Positions 37,219 through 47,441 of a DNA stretch of 64,000 nt are shown here, one piece after another; positions within the stretch are counted from its first letter, which is position 1; the number at the start of each line of letters is the position of its first letter. Both the position numbers and the translations under genes were made by a program. Below the pieces are notes generated by a model, which did not search any database, was not told the DNA's origin, and saw only the letters and a program-made list of their open reading frames with translations. Source of the stretch: an uncultured Acetatifactor sp. (GTDB lineage Bacteria > Bacillota > Clostridia > Lachnospirales > Lachnospiraceae); assembly GCA_947630715.1 (NCBI GenBank), contig CANRIP010000012.1:123-64122 (forward strand), given 5' to 3'.

Positions 37219-37872
37219 ATGAAAACGATCGTGTTTGATATGGACGGAGTACTGTTTGACACGGAGAGGATTTGCCAGGACAGTTGGATGGCTGTGGCGG
37301 ACAAAAGAGGGCTGCCGGAAATGGAAAAGATTTTCCCCCGGTGCATCGGCCGAAACGCCGCCGGGAGCCGCAGGATCGTGCTGGAGGCATACGGAGAGGA
37401 TTTTGATTATGACAGTTTTCGGGCGGAGGCTTCCGCCTGGTTCTGGGATTACATACAAAAAAACGGGCTTCCCGTTATGCCGGGAGCCGAACGGCTGTTG
37501 GAATGGCTGAAGGGAAACGGATGGACGGTGGGACTGGCGTCTTCCACAAGGCGGTCCACCGTGATGGATCACCTGGAGCGTTCTGGGTTTCAGAAGTATT
37601 TTTCCGCGGTGGTGACGGGCGATATGGTGGAGTATTCCAAACCAAGTCCGGATATCTATCTGCTGGCTTGCAGGGAGCTGGGAGTGCAACCGGAGCAGGC
37701 TTACGCCGTGGAGGACTCCCCCAACGGAATCCGTTCCGCGGCTGCGGCGGGGATGCGTCCTTTGCTGGTGCCGGATATGATCCAGCCGGACGAAGAAATT
37801 CAAAGGCTGAGCTGGCGGATGTTCTCCAATTTGGAAGAAGTGCTTGACGCTCTGAAAGCCGGGGAGGAATGA
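37219..37872 (+). CDS. HAD-family phosphatase (beta-PGM/CbbY-like)
   Basis: FDMDGVLFDTE, LASS, KPSPDIY, EDSPNGI. Confidence 0.92.
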   Translation: MKTIVFDMDGVLFDTERICQDSWMAVADKRGLPEMEKIFPRCIGRNAAGSRRIVLEAYGEDFDYDSFRAEASAWFWDYIQKNGLPVMPGAERLLEWLKGNGWTVGLASSTRRSTVMDHLERSGFQKYFSAVVTGDMVEYSKPSPDIYLLACRELGVQPEQAYAVEDSPNGIRSAAAAGMRPLLVPDMIQPDEEIQRLSWRMFSNLEEVLDALKAGEE

Positions 37873-37874
37873 GG

Positions 37875-38753
37875 ATGGCGAATCTGGGGATTCCACACAA
37901 TACGCTGGAGATACTGCAAAAATACGATTTTAAAATCAAAAAGAAGTATGGACAGAATTTCCTGGTGGACGGGAATGTGCTGGAAAAAGTTGTGGACGCG
38001 GCCCGGATTACCGGCGAGGACTGCGTTCTGGAAATCGGTCCCGGCATCGGCTCCATGACCCAGTATCTGGCGGAACGCGCCGGAAGGGTGGTTGCGGTGG
38101 AGATCGATCACAACCTGATTCCCATTTTAAACGAAACCCTTTCGGGATACCACAATGTGAAGGTGCAAAACGGCGATATCCTGAAGACGGATATCCACAG
38201 AATCGCGGAGGAAGAAAACGGGGGAAACCCTTTGAAGGTGGTGGCAAACCTTCCGTATTACATTACAACCCCAATCATTCTGGGACTTTTGGAGAGTCAC
38301 GCTCCCGTGGAAAGTATTGTGGTGATGGTGCAGAAGGAGGTCGCAGACCGGATGCGGACGGGGCCGGGAACCAAACAGTACGGCGCTTTGTCTCTGGCGG
38401 TGCAGTATTACGCAAAGCCGGAAATAGTGGCAATCGTGCCGCCCGGCTGTTTTATCCCCAGGCCCGATGTGGAGAGCGCCGTGGTACGGCTGACCGGATA
38501 CCGGGAGCCGCCGGTGAAGGTGAAAGACGAAAAAAGACTGTTTGCCCTGATCCGGGCCGCGTTTAATCAGCGCAGAAAAACGCTTGCAAACGCCTTAAAC
38601 AACGCTGCGGGGCTGGGAATCTCCAGAGAGCAGGCCGAAAAGGCTTTGGAATGCCTTGGTCTGCCTTCCAATGTCCGCGGGGAGGCGCTCACCCTGGAAC
38701 AGTTCGCGGCATTGGCGAACCAACTGCCCGTGTCAGTGCGCTCCGATATTTAG
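37875..38753 (+). CDS. rsmA: 16S rRNA adenine dimethyltransferase KsgA/RsmA
   Basis: GQNFL, EIGPGIG, ANLPYYITTP, MVQKEVADR, FNQRRKTL. Confidence 0.97.
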   Translation: MANLGIPHNTLEILQKYDFKIKKKYGQNFLVDGNVLEKVVDAARITGEDCVLEIGPGIGSMTQYLAERAGRVVAVEIDHNLIPILNETLSGYHNVKVQNGDILKTDIHRIAEEENGGNPLKVVANLPYYITTPIILGLLESHAPVESIVVMVQKEVADRMRTGPGTKQYGALSLAVQYYAKPEIVAIVPPGCFIPRPDVESAVVRLTGYREPPVKVKDEKRLFALIRAAFNQRRKTLANALNNAAGLGISREQAEKALECLGLPSNVRGEALTLEQFAALANQLPVSVRSDI

Positions 38754-38907
38754 TAAAGTCCACCGGCGGTTTACCACTATATCTAGTATTTTTTTCAAAA
38801 AATAAGTCTATTATTTTTGACATCCATATGGTGACTATGTTAAAATGACTTTGTTCAGGAAGGAAAACGGGCAAGTAGGTTTACGGAACGATAGGGAGCG
38901 GACTACC

Positions 38908-41900
38908 TTGGATAAGTATGAATATAAAGTAAGAGCGGATGAAATCAAGGATCTGATCGCCGATGGCAGATACGCGCAAGCTGCGGAGATTGCCGACGTC
39001 ATCGATTGGAGACGGGTAAAAAGCGTGATGATGCTTTGCACCATCAGCGATCTGTATAAGATCAACAGACGTTATGAGGACGCGAAGAATGTGCTGCTTT
39101 TGGCCTATGAGAGAAGGCCGGGCGGCAGGACGATCTGTTATTCTCTCTGCGAGCTTTGCCTGAAAACGGGCGAGTTTGACCAGGCGATTAAATATTATAA
39201 GGAATTTGTGCAGGTGGCGCCCAAGGATACGGGCCGCTATATCCTGCAATATAAGATTTACGAAGCGCAGGACGACGGCCACCTTGAGGATCGCATCAGT
39301 GTGCTGGAGGAATTGAAAAAAAGGGATCTTCGGGAGAAATGGGTCTATGAGCTTGCCCTGCTTTATTACCGGGTAGGATTTGCCACCAAATGCGTGGAAG
39401 TGTGCGATGAGCTGATCCTTTGGTTTGGCGAGGGAAAATATGTATGGCAGGCTATGGAGCTGAAACGGAAGATTCAGCCTCTGACGCCGGAACAGCAGGA
39501 AAAATACGATCATCGGTTTGACAGCACCGTGACGTCCGACCGTGCGCCGCGGGAACCGGCGGGCCAGGAACAGGCGGCCATAGAGTGGGAGAGGAGTGTT
39601 TCGGAAGGCGGGGAGAATGACGGACAGGAGGAACGTCCGGAAACCGTTTCCAGGGAGGAGGCGGCTTTAAAGGGGGATACTCTTGTCTATGAGACGATCC
39701 GCCGGTCGGTTCCTGAAAATCCTCCCATGCCGGAAAATGCGGCGGAAAGCCCTGCCCGGCCGGAGGAACTGGATATCCAGGTAAAGACCATGGATATGGG
39801 AAAATATAATACCATCAATCTGCAGGCGGAACTGGCGGCGGGATTGAAAGAGGTGCTGGGGGAGGATCGGTCGAAATCGGAGGCGATTACCCGGTCTATT
39901 GTAGCACCCATGTTGGATACGGAATCTTTGGATTTCCCGGAACTGGAAGACGAAGACATCAATGAAGACGATGTGGACGAGGGCGTGGATCGGGTTGAAA
40001 GTACGGAAGTGTTCTTTGGGGAGACTGGAGATCTGAGCGGATCCGTGCTGCCGGAGCCGGATCTTAAGGAAATCGTACCTGAGGAAGAAAAGGAGCCGGA
40101 TCAACCGGAGCAGTATTTATTGAACCAGGATCAACCGGAGCAGCATTCATCGGAGCAGAATTTGTTGAACCAGGATCAACCGGAACAGGATCCATCAGAG
40201 CAGGATCTGCTGAACCAGGATCAACCGGAACAGGATCCATCAGAGCAGGATCTGCTGAACCAGGATCAACCGAAACAGGGCCTTCCGGGACAGGATCACT
40301 TAACGTCTCAAAGAGAGAGCGGACCCTTACCGGCAGCGGAGTCTTCCGGAGTGGCCGCGCCGGCGAATGAGGTCAGGGATAAGACCGCTGAGATGGTTAT
40401 GAACCAGCTACGCAGGGAGAACACAGGAAAAACGGAGACGCAGCAGGTACTGATGGCGCAACCGCCGAAGGGAATGGCGGAGGTGTTGTCGCAGGAGTCA
40501 GACGGACAGATCAGTCTGGTGATTCCTGAAAAGGAAACCGTGGAAAAACAGATCACGGGTCAGATGAACATAGAGGACATTTTGTCCGAATGGGAACGGC
40601 TGAAACAGGAGAGTCAGGAGCGCCGGGAGGAAGAAGTCCGTCAACGGGTTTTGCAGCAGACGGGAAATTTGTTCAGTGAATTTGACGCCTCCGTAAAAGA
40701 CGGGTTGCTGGAACAACTGGAAAACGGCGCGGATGAGGCGGAATTGGAAGAACCGGAAGAATCGCTGGAGGAAACCGCCGCGGAGTCGGCGGAGCCGGAA
40801 TTCGTTGAAGAACCGTTAGACGAAACCGTGGAGGAACTGTCGGAATCGGAAATCGCTGTGGAACCGGAAGAACTAGAGGAAACCACCGCGGAATCAACCG
40901 AAACAGAGATCATCGAGGAACCGTTAGACGAAACGGTGGAGGAAGTGTCGGAATCGGAAATCGCCGAAGAACCGTTAGACGAAACGGTGGAGGAAGTGCC
41001 AGAATCGGAAATTGCCGTAGCACCGGAGGCAGCCGAAGAATCTTTGGAAGAAACCGCCACAGAATCAATCGAAACGGAGATCATCGAAGAACCGTTAGAC
41101 GAAACGGTGGAGGAAGTGCCAGAATCGGAAATCGCCGAAGAACCGAAAGAAATAGAAGAACCTTTGGAGGAAACCGCCGCAGAATCAACCGAAACGGAGA
41201 TCATCGAGGAACCGTTAGACGAAACCGCGGAGGAAGTGTCGGAATCGGAAACAGCCGTGGAACCGGAAGAATTAGAGGAAACCACCCCGGAACTGACGGA
41301 AGCCGAAGAACCGGAAACAACCGAAGAACCTTTGGAAGAAACCGCCGCGGAGCCAACGGAACCGGAGAAAGCCGGGAAATCGGAAGAAACCCGGAAATCG
41401 GATTCCAAAGATTCCGAAAGCCGCCAGGTGGAAAGGGAAAAGGCGAAGGTCAGGAGCCTTACCCCGGAGGAAAAGGAACTGTTTGCTCCCTATATTCAGA
41501 GCAGATCCGCAAGAGAGCAGTTGATAAAGGCCATAGACAATATCAGTCTGGCTGCCTATACAGGCAATGTGATCATTACCGGCGATGAGGGCATGGACAC
41601 GGCAACGCTGGCTAAGAATATGATCAGAGAGGTACAGCTCACGGATCGGAATTTCTCCGGCAAGGTAGCGAAAATTTCCGGTCAGGCGCTGAACGGGAAA
41701 AAGATTGGGGATGTTCTCGCGCAGTTAAAAAACGGCGCTCTGATGATTCAAAAGGCATCCGGCATGGATCAGGACAGCGCGGGAGCGCTGCGCAAAGAGC
41801 TGCAACGGGAATCGCTGGGTATTATTATCGTGATGGAGGATACCAGGAAAGCCATGGAAAAATTCCTGAAGGCCAACCCGGATCTTTCCTCCTGTTTTAC

Positions 41901-42195
41901 GGCCCGTATGAATGTGGAGGCGCTCAGCGACGATATGCTGGTAGCCTTTGGCAGACATTACGCAAAGGGAAGGGAATATGCCATAGATGAGCTGGGCATG
42001 CTGGCCCTGCACACCAAGATAGAGGAAAGACAGACCATCGATCACGCGGTGACTGTGCTGGAAGTAAAAGCGATGGTGGACGAAGCCATCCGTCACGCCA
42101 GCAGAAAGACGTTGGGACATTTTGTGGACGTTTTGTTGGGAAGGCGTTATAATGAAGAAGACATGATTCTGTTGACGGAGAAGGATTTTGTCTGA
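38908..42195 (+). CDS. Large TPR / acidic-repeat / degenerate AAA+-like protein
   Basis: N-terminal helical TPR-like repeats, long E-rich repeats, C-terminal IITGDEGMDTATLA pseudo-Walker A; TTG start after AGGGAG; TTGACA..TAAAAT promoter at 38817. Confidence 0.82.
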   Translation: MDKYEYKVRADEIKDLIADGRYAQAAEIADVIDWRRVKSVMMLCTISDLYKINRRYEDAKNVLLLAYERRPGGRTICYSLCELCLKTGEFDQAIKYYKEFVQVAPKDTGRYILQYKIYEAQDDGHLEDRISVLEELKKRDLREKWVYELALLYYRVGFATKCVEVCDELILWFGEGKYVWQAMELKRKIQPLTPEQQEKYDHRFDSTVTSDRAPREPAGQEQAAIEWERSVSEGGENDGQEERPETVSREEAALKGDTLVYETIRRSVPENPPMPENAAESPARPEELDIQVKTMDMGKYNTINLQAELAAGLKEVLGEDRSKSEAITRSIVAPMLDTESLDFPELEDEDINEDDVDEGVDRVESTEVFFGETGDLSGSVLPEPDLKEIVPEEEKEPDQPEQYLLNQDQPEQHSSEQNLLNQDQPEQDPSEQDLLNQDQPEQDPSEQDLLNQDQPKQGLPGQDHLTSQRESGPLPAAESSGVAAPANEVRDKTAEMVMNQLRRENTGKTETQQVLMAQPPKGMAEVLSQESDGQISLVIPEKETVEKQITGQMNIEDILSEWERLKQESQERREEEVRQRVLQQTGNLFSEFDASVKDGLLEQLENGADEAELEEPEESLEETAAESAEPEFVEEPLDETVEELSESEIAVEPEELEETTAESTETEIIEEPLDETVEEVSESEIAEEPLDETVEEVPESEIAVAPEAAEESLEETATESIETEIIEEPLDETVEEVPESEIAEEPKEIEEPLEETAAESTETEIIEEPLDETAEEVSESETAVEPEELEETTPELTEAEEPETTEEPLEETAAEPTEPEKAGKSEETRKSDSKDSESRQVEREKAKVRSLTPEEKELFAPYIQSRSAREQLIKAIDNISLAAYTGNVIITGDEGMDTATLAKNMIREVQLTDRNFSGKVAKISGQALNGKKIGDVLAQLKNGALMIQKASGMDQDSAGALRKELQRESLGIIIVMEDTRKAMEKFLKANPDLSSCFTARMNVEALSDDMLVAFGRHYAKGREYAIDELGMLALHTKIEERQTIDHAVTVLEVKAMVDEAIRHASRKTLGHFVDVLLGRRYNEEDMILLTEKDFV
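40096..40295 (+). repeat. In-frame 45-bp coding repeat (NQDQPEQDPSEQDLL)
   Basis: About 4 near-identical GAACCAGGATCAACCGGAACAGGATCCATCAGAGCAGGATCTGCT units. Confidence 0.85.
40750..41365 (+). repeat. In-frame Glu-rich coding repeats (EEPLDETVEEVPESEIA / EETAAESTETEII)
   Basis: Recurrent GAACCGTTAGACGAAACGGTGGAGGAAGTG motif. Confidence 0.85.
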
Positions 42196-42211
42196 AAGGT
42201 GGGGGAAGACA

Positions 42212-44188
42212 GTGGCAAAAACAGTGGCAAAGACAACAAGGAACAAAACAGGAGAAACTGCCGCCGAAGGAAAGAAGCAGATTTCAAAGCCGGAAGAAAA
42301 GGTTTTCATTTCCGAAGCGGATCAATATCTGTTCGCCCAGGGCACACATTATGACATTTATAAAAAGCTGGGCGCCCATTTGTCCTGGGAGGACGGGAAG
42401 CAGGGCGTGTACTTCGGCGTATGGGCTCCAAACGCGCAGGCGGTTCATGTGGTGGGCTCCTTTAACGGCTGGGACCAGGAGGCCAATCCCATGGAAAAGC
42501 TGGGGCCGGTTGGCATTTGGGGACTTTTTATCCCGGGCATCGGCGAAGGAGAAATGTATAAATTTCTGATCACAGCGGCGGACGGAAGAAAGCTTTATAA
42601 AGCGGATCCCTTTGCAAATTATGCGGAGCTGCGTCCCGGTACGGCCTCCATTATCACGGATTTAAGCGGATTTCCCTGGAAAGATCAAAAATGGATGGAA
42701 GCCAGGGAACAGAAGGATATGCGCAAGGAGCCGCTGGCGATTTACGAATGCCATATCGGATCCTTTATGAAACATCCCGACGGCACTCCGGACGGCTTTT
42801 ATAATTACCGCCAGTTTGCGGACAGAATCACAGAGTATCTGAAGGAGATGAAGTTTACCCATATTGAGCTGATGGGAATCGCCGAGCATCCTTTTGACGG
42901 CTCCTGGGGTTATCAGGTGACGGGATATTACGCCCCCACCTCCCGGTACGGTACGCCGAAGGATTTTATGTATCTGGTGGATAAGCTGCACAGAGCGGGG
43001 GTGGGTGTGATTCTGGACTGGGTGCCCGCGCATTTTGCCACAGACGCCCATGGCCTGGGGCAGTTTGACGGACAGTGTATTTTTGAACATCCCGATCCTC
43101 GTCTGGGGGAACACCCGGATTGGGGAACCAAGATTTTCAACTACGGGAAATATGAGGTAAAGAATTTTCTCATTGCCAATGTGCTGTATTGGCTGAGAGA
43201 GTTTCATGTGGACGGTATCCGGGTGGACGCGGTGGCGTCCATGCTGTACCTGGATTACGGCAAACAGGACGGTCAGTGGGTGCCAAATAAATATGGCGGC
43301 AATAAAAATCTGGAGGCGATTGAGTTCTTCCGGCACATGAATTCCGTGGTTCGAGGCACCTATCCCGGCTTTATGACCATCGCGGAGGAATCCACCGCAT
43401 GGCCCAATGTATCAGGCGAAGTGGGCGACGAGGGGTTGGGCTTTACCTTTAAATGGAATATGGGGTGGATGCATGATTTTTGCGAATACATGAAACTGGA
43501 TCCCATTTACCGCAAGGGAAATCATTATGCTATGACCTTTGCCATGAGCTACAACGAGAGCGAAAAGTATATTCTTCCGCTTTCTCATGACGAGGTGGTA
43601 CATCTGAAATGCTCCATGGTCAACAAAATGCCCGGTTATCCCGTGGACAAATACGCCAATCTGCGCACGGGCTATACTTATATGTTTGGCCACGCAGGGA
43701 AAAAGCTGCTGTTCATGGGGCAGGAGTTCGGCCAGGAACGGGAGTGGAGTGAGGCCAGGGAACTGGACTGGTTCCTGCTGTCGGAGAAAAACAACCGGGG
43801 AATGAAGGATTATGTGAGCGAGCTGCTTAAGATTTACCGCAAATATCCGGCGATGTATGAACTGGATGACAGTTGGGCCGGTTTTGAATGGATGAATGCC
43901 GACGACAATGAAAACAGCGTCTATTCCTTTGTGAGAAAATCTTCCGCTGGAACCGGCAATCTGCTGTTTGTGACGAATATGACCCCGGTGAAACGGGAAG
44001 GCTATCGGGTTCCCGTGCCGAAAAAGAAAAAATACAAACTGCTGTTAAACAGCGACGAAGAAAGGTTTGGCGGCTGGGGGAATCCCCTTCCTGCGGAGGT
44101 GACGGCGGAAAAGACGCCCTGCCATTCCCAGGAGTATTCCATTTCTCTGGATCTGCCGCCTTACGGAGCCGCGGTGTATGTATTCTGA
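42212..44188 (+). CDS. glgB: 1,4-alpha-glucan branching enzyme
   Basis: LGAH, VWAPNA, WGYQVTGYYAPT, LDWVPAHF, RVDAVASM, AEEST, SHDEVVH; exact start uncertain. Confidence 0.96.
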   Translation: MAKTVAKTTRNKTGETAAEGKKQISKPEEKVFISEADQYLFAQGTHYDIYKKLGAHLSWEDGKQGVYFGVWAPNAQAVHVVGSFNGWDQEANPMEKLGPVGIWGLFIPGIGEGEMYKFLITAADGRKLYKADPFANYAELRPGTASIITDLSGFPWKDQKWMEAREQKDMRKEPLAIYECHIGSFMKHPDGTPDGFYNYRQFADRITEYLKEMKFTHIELMGIAEHPFDGSWGYQVTGYYAPTSRYGTPKDFMYLVDKLHRAGVGVILDWVPAHFATDAHGLGQFDGQCIFEHPDPRLGEHPDWGTKIFNYGKYEVKNFLIANVLYWLREFHVDGIRVDAVASMLYLDYGKQDGQWVPNKYGGNKNLEAIEFFRHMNSVVRGTYPGFMTIAEESTAWPNVSGEVGDEGLGFTFKWNMGWMHDFCEYMKLDPIYRKGNHYAMTFAMSYNESEKYILPLSHDEVVHLKCSMVNKMPGYPVDKYANLRTGYTYMFGHAGKKLLFMGQEFGQEREWSEARELDWFLLSEKNNRGMKDYVSELLKIYRKYPAMYELDDSWAGFEWMNADDNENSVYSFVRKSSAGTGNLLFVTNMTPVKREGYRVPVPKKKKYKLLLNSDEERFGGWGNPLPAEVTAEKTPCHSQEYSISLDLPPYGAAVYVF

Positions 44189-44276
44189 AACAGATGAGTG
44201 AATCCGACAAATGAATCGGACCAGCGAATCAGATCAGTGAAACAGACAAATGAATCAGGCAAGCGAATTAGGAAGG
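44186..44276 (+). repeat. Seven degenerate 13-bp tandem units beginning at the glgB stop codon
   Basis: TGAAACAGATGAG / TGAATCCGACAAA / TGAATCGGACCAG / CGAATCAGATCAG / TGAAACAGACAAA / TGAATCAGGCAAG / CGAATTAGGAAGG. Confidence 0.8.
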
Positions 44277-44320
44277 CTGTCGCGCCGGGTGGAAAATTCC
44301 ACCGGCCGGCAGCTTTTTTT
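44273..44320 (+). terminator. Rho-independent terminator after glgB
   Basis: GCTGTCG..CCGGGTGGAA/TTCCACCGGCCGGCAGC stem followed by T7. Confidence 0.75.
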
Positions 44321-44324
44321 AACG

Positions 44325-44352
44325 TAAAGAAACCTTCCCATGCTGCCGAAAT
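44325..44352 (+). promoter_or_regulatory. Sigma28 (SigD/FliA) promoter
   Basis: TAAA-16 bp-GCCGAAAT versus the consensus TAAA-N16-GCCGATAT, upstream of the flagellin-containing operon. Confidence 0.75.
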
Positions 44353-44432
44353 ATAAAGTAGACTTCCGGGTGTCCGGGAAACCTTAAGCCGCGGAAGGAT
44401 CATACCATATCGGGGAAATAAGGAGAATTGCT

Positions 44433-47400
44433 TTGAAGATCACATGGATGCAGCAGAATTCGCCGGAACCGGAGGCGGAGAAGACGCTGGGAGAAAAGAC
44501 CCATAACGTTTCCAGGGCGCACAGCGGCGGAAATGCCGCCTTTCTGGCCGCCCCCGGCGCCGTATATGCGGAAGACGGCCGGGAATGGGGCGGTATCGGC
44601 AGAAGGGAGAAGGGCAAAAGTCTGCTTGAGATCCAGAGCCAGGCGGAACAGGCTGACGTGGCGGTGCAGCAGGATTATATGACATTGATGTCACATACCA
44701 TGTCCGAGGAAGATTACGCGAAACTTCAGGAGGAAGGCTTTGATTTTCGGGACATGGAGCCGGAGGAAACGGTGACCATCGTGGATCGGATCAAGGTCGA
44801 GCTGGCCCGTTCCGGCCAGGAGATCTTAGGTTACACCGATGATTTGGACAAGGAGACCCTGGAGGCGGCTCTTGGCAGCCAGGCGCTGGCGAACGCGGTA
44901 GCGCAAAGCTTTCAGGAGGCGGATCTTCCCCTGACCGGCGACAATCTGGAAGCGGTGGCCAAAGCATGGGATATGGCCAGCCGCCTGGAGCCTGTGGACG
45001 AAGGGGCCGGCCGTTATCTGATCGACAATGAGCTGGAACCGGAGATCTGGAACCTGTATCTGGCTCAGAACAGCGGGGCAGGGGTTTCCGCCGGCAGCGC
45101 GCCGCAGTTTTACGCGGAGGATGTCAGGGGATATTACACCAAAAGCGCGGGGCCGGAGCAGAGCGCGGAGCTGACGGAACAGATTCAAAAACTGATCGGC
45201 CAGTCCGGCCGGGAAGGGAACGATCAGACCAGACAGGACGCTCAGTGGCTGTTGGACAACAATCTGCCGCTCACCGCGGAAAATCTGGATCGTTTGGAGC
45301 AGATGCGGGAGGTGGAGCTGCCTGTGACGGAGGAAAGTTTCGCTCAGGCGGCGGCAAGCGCCATTGCGGAGGGAAAGGATCCCATCCACGCGGATTTGAG
45401 GGACAAGGAGGAGAATCTGTACGAGAAGGCTGTGGCCGTGGAGGATTTTTACCGGTCCCCCCGGATCTGGGAGGAATTGTCAGGGGACGTGACCGCCAGA
45501 AGACAGTTGGAAGAAATTCGGCTGCGCATGACGGCGGAGGTCAACCTCAGGCTGTTAAAAAGCGGCTTTTCCCTTGACACGGCGCCCTTAGAGGAATTGG
45601 TGGAGGCGCTGAAACAGGCGGAAAGGGAACTGGCGCAGCGTTACTTTCCTCAGGACGTGGATGAACAGGCCGTGGAAAAGTACCGGAATTATCAAAAAGC
45701 CGTTACCGTCACGGCTCAGCTTCCGGGCCTGCCTGTCCAGACGGTGGGAATGCTGGTCGGGAGACAGGATGCGGTCACGCTGGAGGAATTCCACGGAGAG
45801 GGAAAGGCCCTTCAGGAAAATTATGAAAAAGCCAGGGACAGCTACGAGACGCTGATGACTTCTCCCAGAGCGGATCTGGGTGACAGCATCCGCAAGGCGT
45901 TTGCCAACGTGGACGATATTCTGGAGGATTTGGGAATCGAGCCTACGGAGGAAACACGAAAAGCCGTCAGGATTCTGGGCTATAACCGCATGGATATCAC
46001 ACAGGAAAATCTGGCGGGCGTTATGGAGGCGGACCGGCAGGTTCGCTCGGTGGTGGAAAAGCTCACCCCCGCCGCCGCGTTAAAAATGATACGGGACGGC
46101 GTGAACCCTCTGGAGAAAAGCTTTTCCGAGCTGGAACAGTATTTTGACGATCTGCCGGAGGAATATAAACGGGAGGCGGAGCGTTACAGCCAATTTTTAT
46201 ACGGCCTGGAAAGCAACAAGGCGATTACCCAGGAGGAACGTGAAAGCTTTATCGGCATTTACAGATTGGTGCGGCAGATTGAAAAATCTGACGGCGCGGC
46301 GGTTGGAGCGTTGGTCAATACCCAGGCGCAGCTTAATTTTTCCAATTTGCTCTCCGCGGTTCGCACCGGGAAAAGAAAGAAAGTGGATGTGAAAGCCGAC
46401 GACGGGTTCGGGACTCTCACGGAACTGGTCAGGAAGGGAGAGAGCATATCGGAACAGATTGGCAGGGCTTTCGCGAAGGACGCCCGGAAGATGATGACAG
46501 ATGCGTCATATAGTGAAAAGGCGGAACAAGAATACAGAAACAGGGAGCTGGAGCAGTTGCGCCAAGCGGTGGAAAACGCGGACGGCGAAAGCATCTCCCT
46601 GTTACAAAGAGGCGGTTTTTCCGGGACTGCGGACCATCTTTTGACAGCGCAGGCGCTGTTAAACGGAACGGAGGATCTGTTCGATCCCCTGGGGCTTGCA
46701 AACGGCGGGCGAAGGAGCCCGCAAAGAACCGCGGACCAAAATGTGACGGGATCGTCATATCGGACGGAGGAGCCTCAGGATGAGGAAAGCGGGGCGAAAG
46801 AGGCGCCGGTGGAATCTGTGCCCTCCCGGGAGGACGGCCGGGCCCAGGGAACCCGTCTTTGGGAGATTCTGGACAACAGGGAGAGGTTTGTGCGGGAATA
46901 CGCAGAGGGAATCAGCCAGGCGTTGGAGGATACGGAGAGAGTTTCCCTGGAGGAAGCCCAGACCAGCCTGGATGTGCGCACCCTGCAGCTTGCGCATAAG
47001 CAGTTAACCGTGGCGGGAGCGCTTGCGGGGCGGGAAGAATATTTCCTGCCTGTGTATGTGGGGGACACGCTTACCAGAGTGCATTTGATTTTGAACCGGG
47101 GAGGCCAGGAAAAGGGGACGGTCAGCGTTGGGGTTACGTTTCCGGAAGACAGGCGTCTGCAAGCGGATTTTCAACTGGATCAGGGAGTCCTGTCCGGAAA
47201 TTTCATTGCGGAAAGTCAAAATGAGGTAATGGAATTGCAGAAACTGGCCGATAATTTTAAAGAAGATGCCGGAGAGATCTGGTCTGTGGAACGGATCCAG
47301 GTATCGTATCCGGGGGCGCCGAAAAGCCGGGAGAGCCGGGAAGGGCGGACGGAGGAAAGACAATCCGCGGATCATGCGGAATTGTATCGTGTGGCCAAGG

Positions 47401-47441
47401 TATTTTTGCAGACAGTGCAGAAAAGAGGAATGGAATTATGA
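44433..47441 (+). CDS. Large acidic helical protein, DUF6240-like, with a FliK-like C-terminus
   Basis: 1002 aa, TTG start after AAGGAG; [12 protein letters not shown] and [19 protein letters not shown] motifs; beta-rich C-terminus; ATGA overlap with flagellin. Confidence 0.75.
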   Translation: MKITWMQQNSPEPEAEKTLGEKTHNVSRAHSGGNAAFLAAPGAVYAEDGREWGGIGRREKGKSLLEIQSQAEQADVAVQQDYMTLMSHTMSEEDYAKLQEEGFDFRDMEPEETVTIVDRIKVELARSGQEILGYTDDLDKETLEAALGSQALANAVAQSFQEADLPLTGDNLEAVAKAWDMASRLEPVDEGAGRYLIDNELEPEIWNLYLAQNSGAGVSAGSAPQFYAEDVRGYYTKSAGPEQSAELTEQIQKLIGQSGREGNDQTRQDAQWLLDNNLPLTAENLDRLEQMREVELPVTEESFAQAAASAIAEGKDPIHADLRDKEENLYEKAVAVEDFYRSPRIWEELSGDVTARRQLEEIRLRMTAEVNLRLLKSGFSLDTAPLEELVEALKQAERELAQRYFPQDVDEQAVEKYRNYQKAVTVTAQLPGLPVQTVGMLVGRQDAVTLEEFHGEGKALQENYEKARDSYETLMTSPRADLGDSIRKAFANVDDILEDLGIEPTEETRKAVRILGYNRMDITQENLAGVMEADRQVRSVVEKLTPAAALKMIRDGVNPLEKSFSELEQYFDDLPEEYKREAERYSQFLYGLESNKAITQEERESFIGIYRLVRQIEKSDGAAVGALVNTQAQLNFSNLLSAVRTGKRKKVDVKADDGFGTLTELVRKGESISEQIGRAFAKDARKMMTDASYSEKAEQEYRNRELEQLRQAVENADGESISLLQRGGFSGTADHLLTAQALLNGTEDLFDPLGLANGGRRSPQRTADQNVTGSSYRTEEPQDEESGAKEAPVESVPSREDGRAQGTRLWEILDNRERFVREYAEGISQALEDTERVSLEEAQTSLDVRTLQLAHKQLTVAGALAGREEYFLPVYVGDTLTRVHLILNRGGQEKGTVSVGVTFPEDRRLQADFQLDQGVLSGNFIAESQNEVMELQKLADNFKEDAGEIWSVERIQVSYPGAPKSRESREGRTEERQSADHAELYRVAKVFLQTVQKRGMEL

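Noticed and set aside
35837-37896. Minus-strand ORFs with PAFSNRP/FKPSL repeats
   Set aside because: Shadows of DHHW and HAD plus translation of the non-triplet 22-23 bp repeat
40641-41408. Ser-rich minus-strand ORF resembling a serine-rich adhesin
   Set aside because: Reverse complement of the Glu-rich repeats of the 38908-42195 gene
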